64,000 bases of DNA from an uncultured delta proteobacterium (GCA_963743525.1 CAVUQH010000002.1:224001-288000), one strand, 5' to 3'. Numbered from the stretch's first letter, positions 10,572 through 23,064 are shown. The notes: generated by a model not told the origin, from the sequence alone. Numbers and translations: made by a program.

Positions 10572-11987
10572 CTAGAAGCGGCCGGAGGCCAGGTCCAGAC
10601 CCAGCGTGAAGGCGCCGGTGCTGGGAGCCAGGGCCGGGTTCTCCATCGGCCGCGGCAGGGGCGCGCCGAGGAGCCAGTGGCCGTCGGCGGTGCGCTGGAC
10701 GACGCTGCTGGCCACCGGCTGGTTGGCCAGCGGCGAGTCTCTGTCGTCCATGCCGCGGGTCCAGCGCCAGGCGAGGTAGGCGCCCAGGCCCATGGCGCCA
10801 ATGGAGACCACGCCGGCGGCTTGCTCGTCGTTGTTGGTGCTGCTGTCGGCGATGAGGGGGTAGAAGAGCGCCCAGGTGGCGGCGACGCCGGCGGCGGCGC
10901 CGAGGTCGATGCGCAACATGCGACCGCGGGAGACGTCGTACTTGCGCGCCAGCAGCATGCCGCCGCCGAGGCCGGCGAGCGCGCCGACGGCGCCGTTGAT
11001 CGAGTAGGCCTCGCCCTTGGGTGGCTGCATGACCACGCCGAGCAGCAGACCGGCGCCGCTGCCGTACATGCCCATCGAGTTGATCAGCGAGACGTCGCCC
11101 TCGGTCGGTTCGGCCTTGGCGGCGTAGACGGCACCGCCGACGGCACCGACCGCGCCGCCGATGGCGGCAGCCTTGAAGCCTTCGTTGGTCGAGGTCGTGC
11201 CGATGCCGGTGACGGCGTCGCCGAACAGGGCGAAGGTGTAGGCGCCCCAGGTGCCTCCCGACAGCAGCGCCTGTCCCTGGCCGGGGGTGAGATCGTGCTT
11301 GCCCAGGTAGTACCAGGCACCACCGCCGAAGGCGCCGGCGCCGAGCAGGCCGACGATGATGGCGGCGCCGCGGGTGGTGCCCTGATCGTCGGTGGGGCCG
11401 GCGATGGCCAGGCCGGCGAGGAGGCCGTAGGCCGACGACCACAAGGTGACGCGACGGCGGGCGACGCCGGGGTCGACGACATCATTGCTCAGCGGCGGAG
11501 CGACGCCGCCATTGCCGTACGGATCGACCGGGCCCTCGCCGCCGACGCCGTTGCTGGCGTACGGGTCGGCGAGGCCTTCCCCATTGCCCTTGGCGTACGG
11601 GTCGGCGGGCTCGTCGGAGCCGCTGCCGACCGGCTTGCCGATCGGGTTGCCGTGGTCGAGATCCTTGAGGCCGAGGCGCTCGTTGGCCGAGTGCAGCATG
11701 GCCAGGGCGTCGTTGGTCGACGGGCCGTCGGGGCTGCGCTCGAGCGACTCGATGAACATCTTCTTGGCGTCGGCGTGATCGCCGTCGGCGTAGAGGACCT
11801 TGCCCCGCTCGAGCAGCGCCTTGGCCACCGCGTCGTCGATCTCTTTCTTGCGCTGGGCGCTGACGTCAACCGGCGGCGCGTCGGCGCTGGACGGGGTGTC
11901 GGCGGGCTGGGCGCGCGCGGGAGAGGCGGCCACGGCGCCGGCGACGAACGCGACCACCAGCGCGAAGCAAGTCTTGGGATGAGTCAT
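10572..11987 (-). CDS. Secreted/membrane protein with N-terminal TPR and Gly-rich hydrophobic helices
   Basis: Signal peptide, TPR-like KALLERGKVLYADGDHADAKKMF, repeated DPY motifs, glycine-zipper helices, C-terminal GRF. Confidence 0.7.
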   Translation of the reverse strand: MTHPKTCFALVVAFVAGAVAASPARAQPADTPSSADAPPVDVSAQRKKEIDDAVAKALLERGKVLYADGDHADAKKMFIESLERSPDGPSTNDALAMLHSANERLGLKDLDHGNPIGKPVGSGSDEPADPYAKGNGEGLADPYASNGVGGEGPVDPYGNGGVAPPLSNDVVDPGVARRRVTLWSSAYGLLAGLAIAGPTDDQGTTRGAAIIVGLLGAGAFGGGAWYYLGKHDLTPGQGQALLSGGTWGAYTFALFGDAVTGIGTTSTNEGFKAAAIGGAVGAVGGAVYAAKAEPTEGDVSLINSMGMYGSGAGLLLGVVMQPPKGEAYSINGAVGALAGLGGGMLLARKYDVSRGRMLRIDLGAAAGVAATWALFYPLIADSSTNNDEQAAGVVSIGAMGLGAYLAWRWTRGMDDRDSPLANQPVASSVVQRTADGHWLLGAPLPRPMENPALAPSTGAFTLGLDLASGRF

Positions 11988-12080
11988 CGCCACTGCTCGA
12001 GACGGCCAGTTACGACATAGCACCCGCGGGCGCGGGCATCAATCGCAGGGCCCGTTTCTGCCGCCTGGACGCGATCCGGA

Positions 12081-13526
12081 TCACGGCTCGGACGAGACCG
12101 ATACCGCCTGCTCCGGGTGGTCGGCGATCCAGGCCTTGCTGCGGAAGAAGGCGAAGAAAACCTGAATGATGGAGGCCACCGGCACGGCCAGGAGGGCACC
12201 GACCAGGCCCCAGCTGTGCTCGCCGACGATCAGGGCGAAGATCACCAGGACCGGGTGGATGCGGGCCGAGGTACCGATGATCTTGGGGTTGAGGAAGTTG
12301 GCCTCGATGAAGTGGATGGCGACCACCCAGATGACCATGAACAGGGCGCGGGCGACGTCGACCCCGTGCGCGCCCGAGACCAGCGCCGCCAGGACGATCG
12401 GCACGGTCGACATGATCGATCCGAAGATCGGGATCAGCGACAGGATCGACGCCAGCACCGCCAGGATCAGCGCGTACTTGACGTCGAAGATCAGCAGGCC
12501 GACGTAGGTCATCGTGCCGTTGATGAGACAGATGATCAGCTGCCCGCGGATCACCCCCGACAGCCCCCGGTCGATGCCTTTGACGATCACGTCGTAGTCG
12601 CCGCGGTACTGGGCGGGGAACAGACTGCGGACGAACTCGTGGATCTTCTCGAGGTCGAGGAGGATGAACGCCGCCACCATCAACACCAGGAAGAAGGTGA
12701 AGACGCCGCGGGCGAAGCCGGTGATCAGCTTGCGACTGAAGCGGAACACGTCGCCCAGCTCGCTCTGCATTCCGGTCAGGGCGTTGGTCGCCCAGGCGCG
12801 GATCTTGTCCTCGACGCGCTGCTCGTCTTGCGGCTGCTCGTTGGGCACGAAGACGTAGCCGTGGCCGCGCGGGCGCATCTCCACGCCGCCGGGTTGCAGC
12901 TGCACCGCCATGCGGCCGTCGGGCAGCGGCGTCAGCACGAACGAGGTGCCCGGTGGCAGCGGCACGTCGGGCACCACCGGCGCGGCGTTGGGATCGCGGG
13001 GCGTCGGCGCCAGCGAGGGGAAGCGCTTCTCCAACCAGCGGCCGAGACTGGGCGCCCACTCGTTGTTCAGGCGGTCGTACAGCGCCGGGGCCTCGGCGCC
13101 GATGCGCGCGGCGTCTTTCGACAGCCGCGGCATGAGGATGACCATGAAGCCGACGATCGACGCGATGAGGACGATGTAGCAGATGAGGATCGCCAGCCCC
13201 TTGGGCATCCGCTTGCGCCCGCTGGGCGCCTCGGACATGCGCATGACCAGCGGCGCCAGGATGTAGGCCACGAGCAGCGCGAAGACGAACGGCAGGATCA
13301 CCCGCCGCGCCAGCACGAGGATGAGGATGGCGAAGCCGAGGAAGCCCCACAGCTTGGTCAGCCGGCGCACCCAGCCGCCTTCGCCGAAAGCGGTGCGCGC
13401 GCGACTTCGCGAGCGGCTGCGCTTGCCGCCGGGCGTCGTCGGTGCCGGCGCCGGCGGAACGCTCGGTTGTTCGGGGCCCCCGCCCTCGCCGCCTCCGCCG
13501 GGCGGTTGTCCAGTGCCACTGGTCAT
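12081..13526 (-). CDS. AI-2E (PerM-like) family transporter
   Basis: LPFVFALLVAYILAP, RGQLIICLING, LIPIFGS, IEANFLNPKIIG, GLVGALLAVP. Confidence 0.9.
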   Translation of the reverse strand: MTSGTGQPPGGGGEGGGPEQPSVPPAPAPTTPGGKRSRSRSRARTAFGEGGWVRRLTKLWGFLGFAILILVLARRVILPFVFALLVAYILAPLVMRMSEAPSGRKRMPKGLAILICYIVLIASIVGFMVILMPRLSKDAARIGAEAPALYDRLNNEWAPSLGRWLEKRFPSLAPTPRDPNAAPVVPDVPLPPGTSFVLTPLPDGRMAVQLQPGGVEMRPRGHGYVFVPNEQPQDEQRVEDKIRAWATNALTGMQSELGDVFRFSRKLITGFARGVFTFFLVLMVAAFILLDLEKIHEFVRSLFPAQYRGDYDVIVKGIDRGLSGVIRGQLIICLINGTMTYVGLLIFDVKYALILAVLASILSLIPIFGSIMSTVPIVLAALVSGAHGVDVARALFMVIWVVAIHFIEANFLNPKIIGTSARIHPVLVIFALIVGEHSWGLVGALLAVPVASIIQVFFAFFRSKAWIADHPEQAVSVSSEP

Positions 13527-15121
13527 TCGTCGTCCTCGCTGCTCGGCTCGGGTGCCGGATCGATTGCCGAATCGGCGGCCGGCTCGGGCGCGGGCCTCGA
13601 ACGCAACAACTCGTCACCCGACTCCAGCCGCAGCGGCGCCGGCGTCTTCTTGCGGAACGGCGACGACAGCGCGGTGCCGACGCGGGACAAGAGCGATCGC
13701 CGCCGACTGGCGGCGTCGAGCTCGTAGTCGCTGAGGCCGCTGTCGAGGGCCGGCTCCGGCAGCGACGCCTCGGCCAGCAGCGCGCGCACCGGTCCGCCGC
13801 GGGGAATCTGCCGGCGCTCGCGCGGCGGCGGAGGTGGCAGCTCCTGCGCCGCGCGGCCGACGTCGAGGCGCACGCTGCCCCAGCGGCGGCAGCTCGCGCA
13901 ACGCCAGAAGAACGCCTCGTCGCGGTGGCCGCAGTGACCGCAGCGCCAGACGCCGTCGCTGGCCCACGCCAGCGCACCGTCCGACTCGCCGACCAGCGCC
14001 TCCAGCTCGCGGCGCACGGCGGCGGCACCGTCACGGGTGTCGTCGGCCAGCGCCAGGCGCCCGGCGGCGACCCGGGCCGACAGCAGATCCGGATGCTCGG
14101 CGGCGACGGCGCGGTAGTCGTCGAGCGCGCGCGCCGGGTCGACGTGCGAACGCATCTCGGCCGACGCCAGCCGCAGCTGCGGGCTGAACGATCCGTCGGC
14201 AACGATCTGGTCGAGGATGCCGGCGACGCTGGTGAACGCCCGCTTCTCGATCTCGGCGTCGCGCGTGGCGTCGGCCAGCGGCGGGTCGGCCTTCTTCTGT
14301 TCCTTGTCGACCTCGGCGGTGGCCAGCTCGCGCTCGGCCTGGAGCAGGCCGACCACCAGGAACGGCGCCAGGTCCGGCGACGCGGCCAGGGCCTCGCGCA
14401 GCCGCTGCGATGCGCCCTTGTAGTTGCCGCGGGCGGCGGCCAGCTCGGCCGACGCGGCCAGGAAGTGGGCGTTGTCGCCGTCCAGCTTCTCGGCGTCGCG
14501 GAGGAAGCGCTTGGCCGAGTCGAGGTCGCCGTTGGCGATGGCCCGCTGCGCGGCCGCCACCAGCAGATGCTCTTCGCGGCCATGGCGCTCGCCATCGCCG
14601 AGCTGCTTGTACAGCCGGCGCCAGGCGCTGGCTGCTTCGGCGTAGCGCCCCTGCTCCTCGTACAGGCCACACAGCCCGCGCAGCGCGCCCTCGTGCTTGC
14701 TGTCGATGGCCAGGCAGTCTTCCATCGCCCGCGTCGCCCGCCGCGGCATGCCGGCGGCGCGAAAATCGAGGCCCAGCTCGTAGCGGGCGCGCAGGCGGAT
14801 CTTCTTGCTCGAGCCCTCGCGCAGCTCGATGGCCTGGTGCACGCGGATGGCCCGCTCGGTCTCGCCGCGGCCGCGAAAGATGGCGCCGAGAGCGAAGTAC
14901 GGCTCGATGTCGTCGATGTTCTCCGACACCACCTGGCGCAACTCGTCGATGGCGGCGTCGCGGTCGCGCGCCAGCAGGTGATTGATCGCCTTCATGTACG
15001 ACCGCGCGTGGCGCGCGGTGCGCCGGAGCATGCGGTCGTCGGGCACGTAGTAGCGGCCGATCAACACACCGGCGGCCAGGGCGCCGAAGCCCAGGAGGAA
15101 CAGGACCAGCGCGGCGCCCAT
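13523..15121 (-). CDS. lapB: LPS assembly protein B-like (TPR + rubredoxin)
   Basis: N-terminal TM, FRGRGETERAIRVHQ, TPRs, WRCGHCG...WRCASCRRWGS rubredoxin motif; downstream of a lapA-like gene and rpsA. Confidence 0.8.
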   Translation of the reverse strand: MGAALVLFLLGFGALAAGVLIGRYYVPDDRMLRRTARHARSYMKAINHLLARDRDAAIDELRQVVSENIDDIEPYFALGAIFRGRGETERAIRVHQAIELREGSSKKIRLRARYELGLDFRAAGMPRRATRAMEDCLAIDSKHEGALRGLCGLYEEQGRYAEAASAWRRLYKQLGDGERHGREEHLLVAAAQRAIANGDLDSAKRFLRDAEKLDGDNAHFLAASAELAAARGNYKGASQRLREALAASPDLAPFLVVGLLQAERELATAEVDKEQKKADPPLADATRDAEIEKRAFTSVAGILDQIVADGSFSPQLRLASAEMRSHVDPARALDDYRAVAAEHPDLLSARVAAGRLALADDTRDGAAAVRRELEALVGESDGALAWASDGVWRCGHCGHRDEAFFWRCASCRRWGSVRLDVGRAAQELPPPPPRERRQIPRGGPVRALLAEASLPEPALDSGLSDYELDAASRRRSLLSRVGTALSSPFRKKTPAPLRLESGDELLRSRPAPEPAADSAIDPAPEPSSEDDE

Positions 15122-15546
15122 CAGGTGCCTCGCTCGAAGGCGCGGTCGTCGTCGTCGTCAGCGGCCAGGAGGCGCGCCGCCTCCGGGTCGGGATGCTCCG
15201 GCAGATCCTCGAGCGGCGCCGGATTGGTGAACGGCAGGTTGCGCAGCGCCGCCAGCTCGCGCTCGAGCCGGCCGATCAGCGCCTCGTACTGGCGCCGGCG
15301 CCAGACGTAGTACATCGACCAGGTCAGCACCACCACGGCGCCGATGACCGTGACCAGCCAGCCGGCGATGAGGGCCGGCAGCCACATCTCCATCTGCCGG
15401 TCGCCGAACAGCCAGCCCAGCCACCTGGGCACGTCGATCCGAACCCAGCTGTCGTTGGCGACCAGAAACAGGCCGACGCAGACGCCCAACCCGATCATCG
15501 ATAAGACGACCGTGCCCAGCGCCACGACCCGCAGCCAGCGGATCAC
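15121..15546 (-). CDS. LapA-like two-TM membrane protein
   Basis: Two TM helices plus ELAALRNLP coiled segment; lies between rpsA and lapB with a 1-bp overlap. Confidence 0.6.
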   Translation of the reverse strand: MIRWLRVVALGTVVLSMIGLGVCVGLFLVANDSWVRIDVPRWLGWLFGDRQMEMWLPALIAGWLVTVIGAVVVLTWSMYYVWRRRQYEALIGRLERELAALRNLPFTNPAPLEDLPEHPDPEAARLLAADDDDDRAFERGT

Positions 15547-15593
15547 GGGACACCTCCCGCCATCTCGACGACGTTACCACGGACCCGGCGCCG

Positions 15594-15626
15594 AAAACGA
15601 AAACGCCCCGCAGTTGCGGGGCGTTT
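15594..15626 (-). terminator. Intrinsic terminator after rpsA
   Basis: AAACGCCCCGCA/TGCGGGGCGTTT inverted repeat followed on the minus strand by TCGTTTT. Confidence 0.75.
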
Positions 15627-15649
15627 GCCATTCAATCAGGGACGGAAGC

Positions 15650-17392
<1,743 letters not shown>

Positions 17393-17527
17393 TTGCAAAG
17401 CTTCCTAGTCTCCTTCGACGATTTCTGCGCGAGGCGGCCGGCTCGGCCGGCAGGCGCAGGGGGAGACTGGTACCGCTGCAGACCCGCTTTGTCAACCACT
17501 TCCAGGCCCCTGAGGGGGCCTGACCGG

Positions 17528-18202
17528 CTATTCGGCGGCGGCGGCCTCGACCTTGTCGCGCATGACGGAGACCACCTCGTCGATGGCCATCTCGGAAGAG
17601 TCTACCAGGAGCGCGTCCGGCGCCTGGGTCAACGGTGCAACTGCGCGATTTGAATCGCGTTCGTCGCGAATCCGGATCTCTTCCAGCGTCGATTGGTAGT
17701 CAACCTCGCGCCCGGCGGCCTGCATCTCGTCGCAGCGGCGCCGGGCCCGGACCTCGGCGGAGGCGGTCAGGAAGAATTTGGCCTCGGCCCCGGGAAAGAC
17801 CACGGTGCCGATGTCCCGACCCTCGGCGACCACGCCGCCCTGGGTCCCCAGCCGTCGCTGCAGGTCGAGGAGGCCGGCCCGCACCCCGGGCAGAGCCGAC
17901 ACCACCGAGGCTCCCTCCGATATATGAGGCGAGCGAATCGCGTCGGTGATGTCGTCGCCGGCGACCGTCACCCGGTTCACGTCACCTTCGAAGTGGAAGT
18001 CCACGTCGAGATCTCGCGCCACCTGTGCCAGCCCGGCCTCGTCGTCCCACGCCACACCCTGGCGCTCGCCGACCAGGGCGACGGCGCGGTAGAGCGCGCC
18101 GGTGTCGAGCAGCGCGTAGCCGAGCTCGCGCGCCAGCCGCTTGGTAACCGTGGACTTGCCGGCCCCGGCGGGGCCGTCGATGGCGACGACGATTCGACGC
18201 AT
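17528..18202 (-). CDS. cmk: Cytidylate kinase
   Basis: AIDGPAGAGKST, LDTGALYRA, EGRDIGTVVFP, RDERDSNR. Confidence 0.98.
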   Translation of the reverse strand: MRRIVVAIDGPAGAGKSTVTKRLARELGYALLDTGALYRAVALVGERQGVAWDDEAGLAQVARDLDVDFHFEGDVNRVTVAGDDITDAIRSPHISEGASVVSALPGVRAGLLDLQRRLGTQGGVVAEGRDIGTVVFPGAEAKFFLTASAEVRARRRCDEMQAAGREVDYQSTLEEIRIRDERDSNRAVAPLTQAPDALLVDSSEMAIDEVVSVMRDKVEAAAAE

Positions 18203-18320
18203 GCCGGGTGAGGTACCACCTTTGCGCCCGCAGTAGAAGCCCCCGCCGCGCGCCGGCCGGCCGGTGGTATCCTGGCGGGGGCTCGTCGGTATGACCCTTT
18301 ATCCGAAGGACGGCGGCGGG

Positions 18321-21300
18321 ATGGGTGTGGACTCGAGCTCGCCCGGCCCGCCACAACTGTCGCCTGGCACCGTGCTCGCCGGGCGTTACCGGGTCAACCG
18401 GCGCCTGGGCGCCGGCGGCATGGGCGCGGTCTACGAGGCGTTCGACCAGCACCTGGACGAGGCGGTCGCGCTCAAGCTGCTCCACGCCGACCTGTCGCGC
18501 GAGGAGGAGCACCGGCAGCGGCTGCGCGCCGAGGTTCGACTGGCCCGGCGCGTCTCGCACCCCAACGTCTGCCGCGTCCACGACCTGGGCGAGCACGAGG
18601 CGCAGCTGTTCGTGACCATGGAGCTGATCCGCGGGCTCACCCTGCGCGCGACGCTCAAGGACCAGCGCCACAGCTCGGGAATGACCCTGCCCCGGCGGAT
18701 CGACGTGGTCGTGCAGGTCTGCTCGGCGCTGTCTGCGGCTCACGGCGCCGGCGTCCTGCACCGCGACGTCAAGCCGGACAACATCATCCTCGAGCGCGGG
18801 CGCGCCGTGCTGACCGACTTCGGAGTCGCCGGTCTGGTCACCGACCTGGCCACCCAGCGGCGCGTCATCGCCGGAACGCCGGCCTACATCGCGCCCGAGG
18901 TACTGCGCGGCGAGCGCTTCGACCAGCGCATCGACGTCTTCGCCACGGCCGTGGTCGCCTACGAGCTGCTCGCTGGTCGCCAGCCGTTTCCCACTCCCAG
19001 CCTCGACGCGGCGGTGCAGCGCGCGCGCAGCAAGCCGCCGCTACCACCGCTGCCAAATGGGATGGCCGACGACGAGGTGGTGGAGATGCTGCACGCCGCG
19101 CTGGAGCGCGCGATGGCGTTCGACGTCAGCGAGCGCACCCGATCGGTCGACGCGCTGGCAGCCGAGCTGGCCGACGCCGCCCGCGGCCATGGCAGCGCGA
19201 TCTGGAACCCGCCGACCGGGCCCGGCGTGGCCAACAGCGCGACCCTGGCCGGTGCCGCCAATCCGACCGTCACCGCCGCCTCGGTGCCGGTCGGCGGCGC
19301 TCCCATCGTCACCCGGCAGCCGACCACCGGCCGCGCCCAGGTGCGGGTGGCCACGGTGCTGCAGCTGGTCTGCCGCGGCGAACGCGACCCGGATCTGCTG
19401 GCTCACCCCGACGACACCGAGCTGACCCGGCCGATCGTCCTGGGCGGACCCGGCGACCTGTTCGAGCGCATCGTCGTCGATCTGGGCGGCACACCGATCA
19501 AGGTATCGGACACCGGCATCACCGCGCTGTTCGGCGCGCCGGTCACCGTCGGCGACGACGCCGCCCGCGCCGCCCGCGCCGCCCACGCCCTGCTCAGCGC
19601 CAGCGTCGCCGGCCAGGTCGGCCTCGACACCGGCCGCCTGCTCTACCGCCGCGACCCGTCGGGACCGACCGCGTCGGGCGAGGCGCTGACTCGCGCCGCC
19701 GCGCTGGCCGACGAGGCGACGCCGGGCCAGGTGCGGGCGTCACCGCCGACCGCGCGCCAGCTTGCCGGTCGGTTCGAGCTGGTCGAGCTCGGCGGTCACG
19801 GCCAGCGCGCGCTAGAGGTTCGCCTGGCCACCACCGATGACATCGAGATCGCCCGCGCCGACGAGCCACTGCTCGGGCGCGACGCCGAGCTGGCGAGCCT
19901 GGAGCAGCTGATCCTCGCCAGCTGCGAGAGCCGCCAGCCGCGCTTCGCCGCCGTGGTCGCACCCGCCGGCTACGGCAAGAGTCGGCTGCGCGCGTCGTTG
20001 GTCCAGCGGATCGACGAGCGACGCGAGGTCGACTGGCTGCTCGGGCGGGCGACACCGCTGGGCGAGGTGGCGCCGCTGTCGCTCCTGGGCAGCGCGGCGC
20101 CGGCCTGGGTCGAAGCCGCCGGCACCGCCAGCGCATCGGATCGGCGGGCGATGTTCACCGCCGCCCGCCGCTGGCTGGAAGAGCGCGCCGCGCGCCGGCC
20201 GGTGGTGCTGTTGCTCGAAGACGTGCAGTGGGCCGACGAGGTGTCGCTGGCGCTGGTCAACGTCCTGGCGCGCGAGCTCGATCGCGTGCCGGTGACCGTC
20301 ATCCTGTTCGGCCGTCCCGAGCGCCGGGCCGCCGCCGCCGGGGCCGACGGCGAGCGCACGGTCATCGAGCTGGGCCCGCTCGCCGACGACGCGGCGATGG
20401 ATCTGGCCCGGCGACTGGCGCCGTCCGCCTCGGACCACGACCTGCGAGGGCTGGTCGCCCGCGCCGGCGGCAACCCGTTCTTCGTCGAGGAGCTGGCGCG
20501 CGAGCTGGCCGAGCGCGGGCAGGCGCCGGCTCGCACCACCCCGCTTCCGGCCACCGTCGAGGCCGCGGTGCAGGGCCGCCTCGACCGCCTGCCGCTGCGC
20601 GCGCGCGAGGTCGCCTGCGCCGCCGCGGTGGTCGGCCGCGAGTTCTGGCGCGAGGCCGCTCGCGCTGCCCTGCCCGCGCCCGCGGCCATGGACGACGTCG
20701 AGCTCGACGCCATCCTGGCCGAGCTCGAGCACCGCGCCATCGTCTCGCCACTGCCGCCGACCGACGTCGACGACGAGCGCTACGTCTTCGACAACGGGTT
20801 GGTCCGCGATGTCGCCTACCAGCAGCTGGCGCCGCGCGAGCGCCGCCGCGCCCACACCTCCGTGGCCCGCTGGCTGGAGCCGCGAGTGCGCGATCCGGCG
20901 AGCGCCGACCCGGTGCTGCTGGCCGCGGTCGCCGGCCATTACGATCTCGGTGGCGATCCCGACAATGCGCGGCGCGCCTACCTGGCCGCCGGCATCCGCG
21001 CGCTGGCGCTGTTCGCCTACCAGGAGGCGGCCCAGGCGCTGCGCCGCGCCCGCGAGCTGACCGAAGAGCCGCCGGTCGCGCTGCTCGAGCTCCTGGGCGA
21101 CGCGGTCAGCATGGCCGAGACCACCGAAGCGGGCGAGGCTGCCTACCGCGAGGCGCTCGAGCGGATCGGCGATCGCGATCCGCTGGTCGCGGGCCGCTTG
21201 CTGCACAAGCTGTGCGCGCTCGCGACCCGCGCGGCCAACAACGCCGCCGCGCTGGACTACGGCCGTCGCGGTCTGGAGATCCTGGCTCCCGGCGGCCAGC

Positions 21301-22226
21301 TCACCGCCGCCGCCCAGCGAGATCCGACGGTGGTCGCGGCGCTGTACGGCACCCTCGCCTACCTGCTCGGCTACGTCATGACCGACAACGCCTCCGGCCT
21401 CGCCTACGGCGAGCGGGCGGTGGCCCTGCTCGAGAACGGCTCTCACCGCCGCGAGCTGGCTCAGGCGCTCAGTCGGCTGGGCGCCAACTACATGCGCGCG
21501 GGCCGGTGGAACGACCAGCTGGCGTGCAACCAGCGCAATCTATCGATCGGCCGCGAGCTGGGCGACCTGTCCATGCAGATGATGGCGCACATCAATCTGG
21601 GCGTCACCTACTCCAGCATGGGCCGGTACGACGAGGCGGTCGACCATACCCGCCGCGCGCTGGAGCTGGCGCGGCGAACCAGCATGATCACGACCATGGC
21701 GCTGGTGCGCAGCAACCTGGGTGGCTGGCTGGTCGACCGCGGCGAGCTCGACGCCGCCGAGGCCGAGCTCGACCGCGCCGTCGACCTGGCCGAGCGGGTC
21801 GGCAACCGCCGGTTCCTGCCCGAGTGCTACTGCTTCCGCGCCCGCATCGAGGTCGCCCGGGGCAACCTGGACGCGGCCGAGCGCGCCGCCCGGCACGCGC
21901 TGGCGCTGGCGGCCGGCCCGGCCCCATCCGAGCCGACCATCGATGCCGGGATCGCCGGGCGCATCCTCGCTGGAGTGCTGGCGCTGCGGGACCAGTACGG
22001 CAAGGCCGAGGAGCTGCTCGACCGCGCCCAGACCTGCCTGGACGGCAGCGATCCGTTCGAGGCGGCCCGCACCACCGCGCAGACCGCCCGCATGCTCAGT
22101 TTGCGCGGCGGGCCCGGGGATCGCGAGCGGGCAGCATCCCTGCGCGCAACCGCCCGGGAGGTGTTCCAGCGGTTGGGCGCCGCCCGCGATCTCGCGCTCC
22201 TGGATGACGACCGCGAAGTCCGCTGA
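18321..22226 (+). CDS. Ser/Thr kinase - degenerate class III cyclase - STAND/AAA ATPase - TPR protein
   Basis: LGAGGMGAVY, HRDVKPDN, DFG; cyclase-like ALFGAP; Walker A APAGYGKS, Walker B LLLEDVQWAD, GGNPFF; C-terminal TPRs. Start could be 18291. Confidence 0.9.
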   Translation: MGVDSSSPGPPQLSPGTVLAGRYRVNRRLGAGGMGAVYEAFDQHLDEAVALKLLHADLSREEEHRQRLRAEVRLARRVSHPNVCRVHDLGEHEAQLFVTMELIRGLTLRATLKDQRHSSGMTLPRRIDVVVQVCSALSAAHGAGVLHRDVKPDNIILERGRAVLTDFGVAGLVTDLATQRRVIAGTPAYIAPEVLRGERFDQRIDVFATAVVAYELLAGRQPFPTPSLDAAVQRARSKPPLPPLPNGMADDEVVEMLHAALERAMAFDVSERTRSVDALAAELADAARGHGSAIWNPPTGPGVANSATLAGAANPTVTAASVPVGGAPIVTRQPTTGRAQVRVATVLQLVCRGERDPDLLAHPDDTELTRPIVLGGPGDLFERIVVDLGGTPIKVSDTGITALFGAPVTVGDDAARAARAAHALLSASVAGQVGLDTGRLLYRRDPSGPTASGEALTRAAALADEATPGQVRASPPTARQLAGRFELVELGGHGQRALEVRLATTDDIEIARADEPLLGRDAELASLEQLILASCESRQPRFAAVVAPAGYGKSRLRASLVQRIDERREVDWLLGRATPLGEVAPLSLLGSAAPAWVEAAGTASASDRRAMFTAARRWLEERAARRPVVLLLEDVQWADEVSLALVNVLARELDRVPVTVILFGRPERRAAAAGADGERTVIELGPLADDAAMDLARRLAPSASDHDLRGLVARAGGNPFFVEELARELAERGQAPARTTPLPATVEAAVQGRLDRLPLRAREVACAAAVVGREFWREAARAALPAPAAMDDVELDAILAELEHRAIVSPLPPTDVDDERYVFDNGLVRDVAYQQLAPRERRRAHTSVARWLEPRVRDPASADPVLLAAVAGHYDLGGDPDNARRAYLAAGIRALALFAYQEAAQALRRARELTEEPPVALLELLGDAVSMAETTEAGEAAYREALERIGDRDPLVAGRLLHKLCALATRAANNAAALDYGRRGLEILAPGGQLTAAAQRDPTVVAALYGTLAYLLGYVMTDNASGLAYGERAVALLENGSHRRELAQALSRLGANYMRAGRWNDQLACNQRNLSIGRELGDLSMQMMAHINLGVTYSSMGRYDEAVDHTRRALELARRTSMITTMALVRSNLGGWLVDRGELDAAEAELDRAVDLAERVGNRRFLPECYCFRARIEVARGNLDAAERAARHALALAAGPAPSEPTIDAGIAGRILAGVLALRDQYGKAEELLDRAQTCLDGSDPFEAARTTAQTARMLSLRGGPGDRERAASLRATAREVFQRLGAARDLALLDDDREVR

Positions 22227-22265
22227 CCTGGCAGCCGGGGGCTGGCCGAGCTACGATTCGAGGCC

Positions 22266-23054
22266 ATGCCCGCGGGAGCCTGGAGCCGCCTCGGCAAATG
22301 GCGCACATTCGCCGACGGTGTTGCCCTGGTCCTGGGCATCAACGTCTGGGTATCCGTGGTGCTGTTGCCCGGCTCGTTCGTCGGCGCGTGGGCCGATTCG
22401 GCGGCGCTGACCGCGGCGCTGGTGCCGTTGCCGGTGCTGATGTTGGGGCTGTGGCGGCGGTCGGAGGCGGTGCTGCTGGCCGGCTTCCCGTCGGCCCTGC
22501 TGCTGCCGGTGGCGCTGGTGCCGGAGATGGCCTCGGCCCACGTCTACGGTCTGCTCCGCTTCAGCATCGTCGCCGTCGGGCTGGTCGCCTATCTGATGAG
22601 CGCGTCGTTCTTCACCTCGTTCCACGAGCCGCCGCCGCCGACCAGCGTGCGCCCGCTGTCGTCGTCGCGGCAGCCGGTGGCGCCGCGCTGGCGCCGCCGC
22701 TTCCGCATCTACCTCGAGCTGACCACCCTGGCGGTGGTCTGCCCGCTGGCGCTGATCTACTTCGCCAACTTCCACCACACCAACCAGGCGTTCCTGCGCA
22801 CGATGTTCCCCGGCCGGGTGGCGTCGATGACCACGATGCTCGACCTGCTGGTGATCGCGCTGTGGCTGGTCCTCTACTCGTACGTCTTCCTCGGCGTGCT
22901 CAAACCGCACCGCACCGGCGACCGCGACCTGGCCGGCCAGCTGTCCCGGCTGCGCGCCGACGCCCGCCGTGGCCGGCCTCGACCGGCCTTCTACGTGGCC
23001 ATGGCGGTGGCGCTGGGGCTGATGGCGATCCTTCTGTGGTCGCGCTACTTCTAA
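22266..23054 (+). CDS. Multi-pass membrane protein, hypothetical
   Basis: About 7 hydrophobic helices, GC3 bias, first gene of a coupled run. Confidence 0.7.
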   Translation: MPAGAWSRLGKWRTFADGVALVLGINVWVSVVLLPGSFVGAWADSAALTAALVPLPVLMLGLWRRSEAVLLAGFPSALLLPVALVPEMASAHVYGLLRFSIVAVGLVAYLMSASFFTSFHEPPPPTSVRPLSSSRQPVAPRWRRRFRIYLELTTLAVVCPLALIYFANFHHTNQAFLRTMFPGRVASMTTMLDLLVIALWLVLYSYVFLGVLKPHRTGDRDLAGQLSRLRADARRGRPRPAFYVAMAVALGLMAILLWSRYF

Positions 23055-23064
23055 GGAGCTGCCC

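Noticed and set aside
17466..17495. rpsA promoter (TTGACA on the minus strand)
   Set aside because: The -35 is perfect but there is no convincing -10 at 16-18 bp spacing, so it was not listed as a feature
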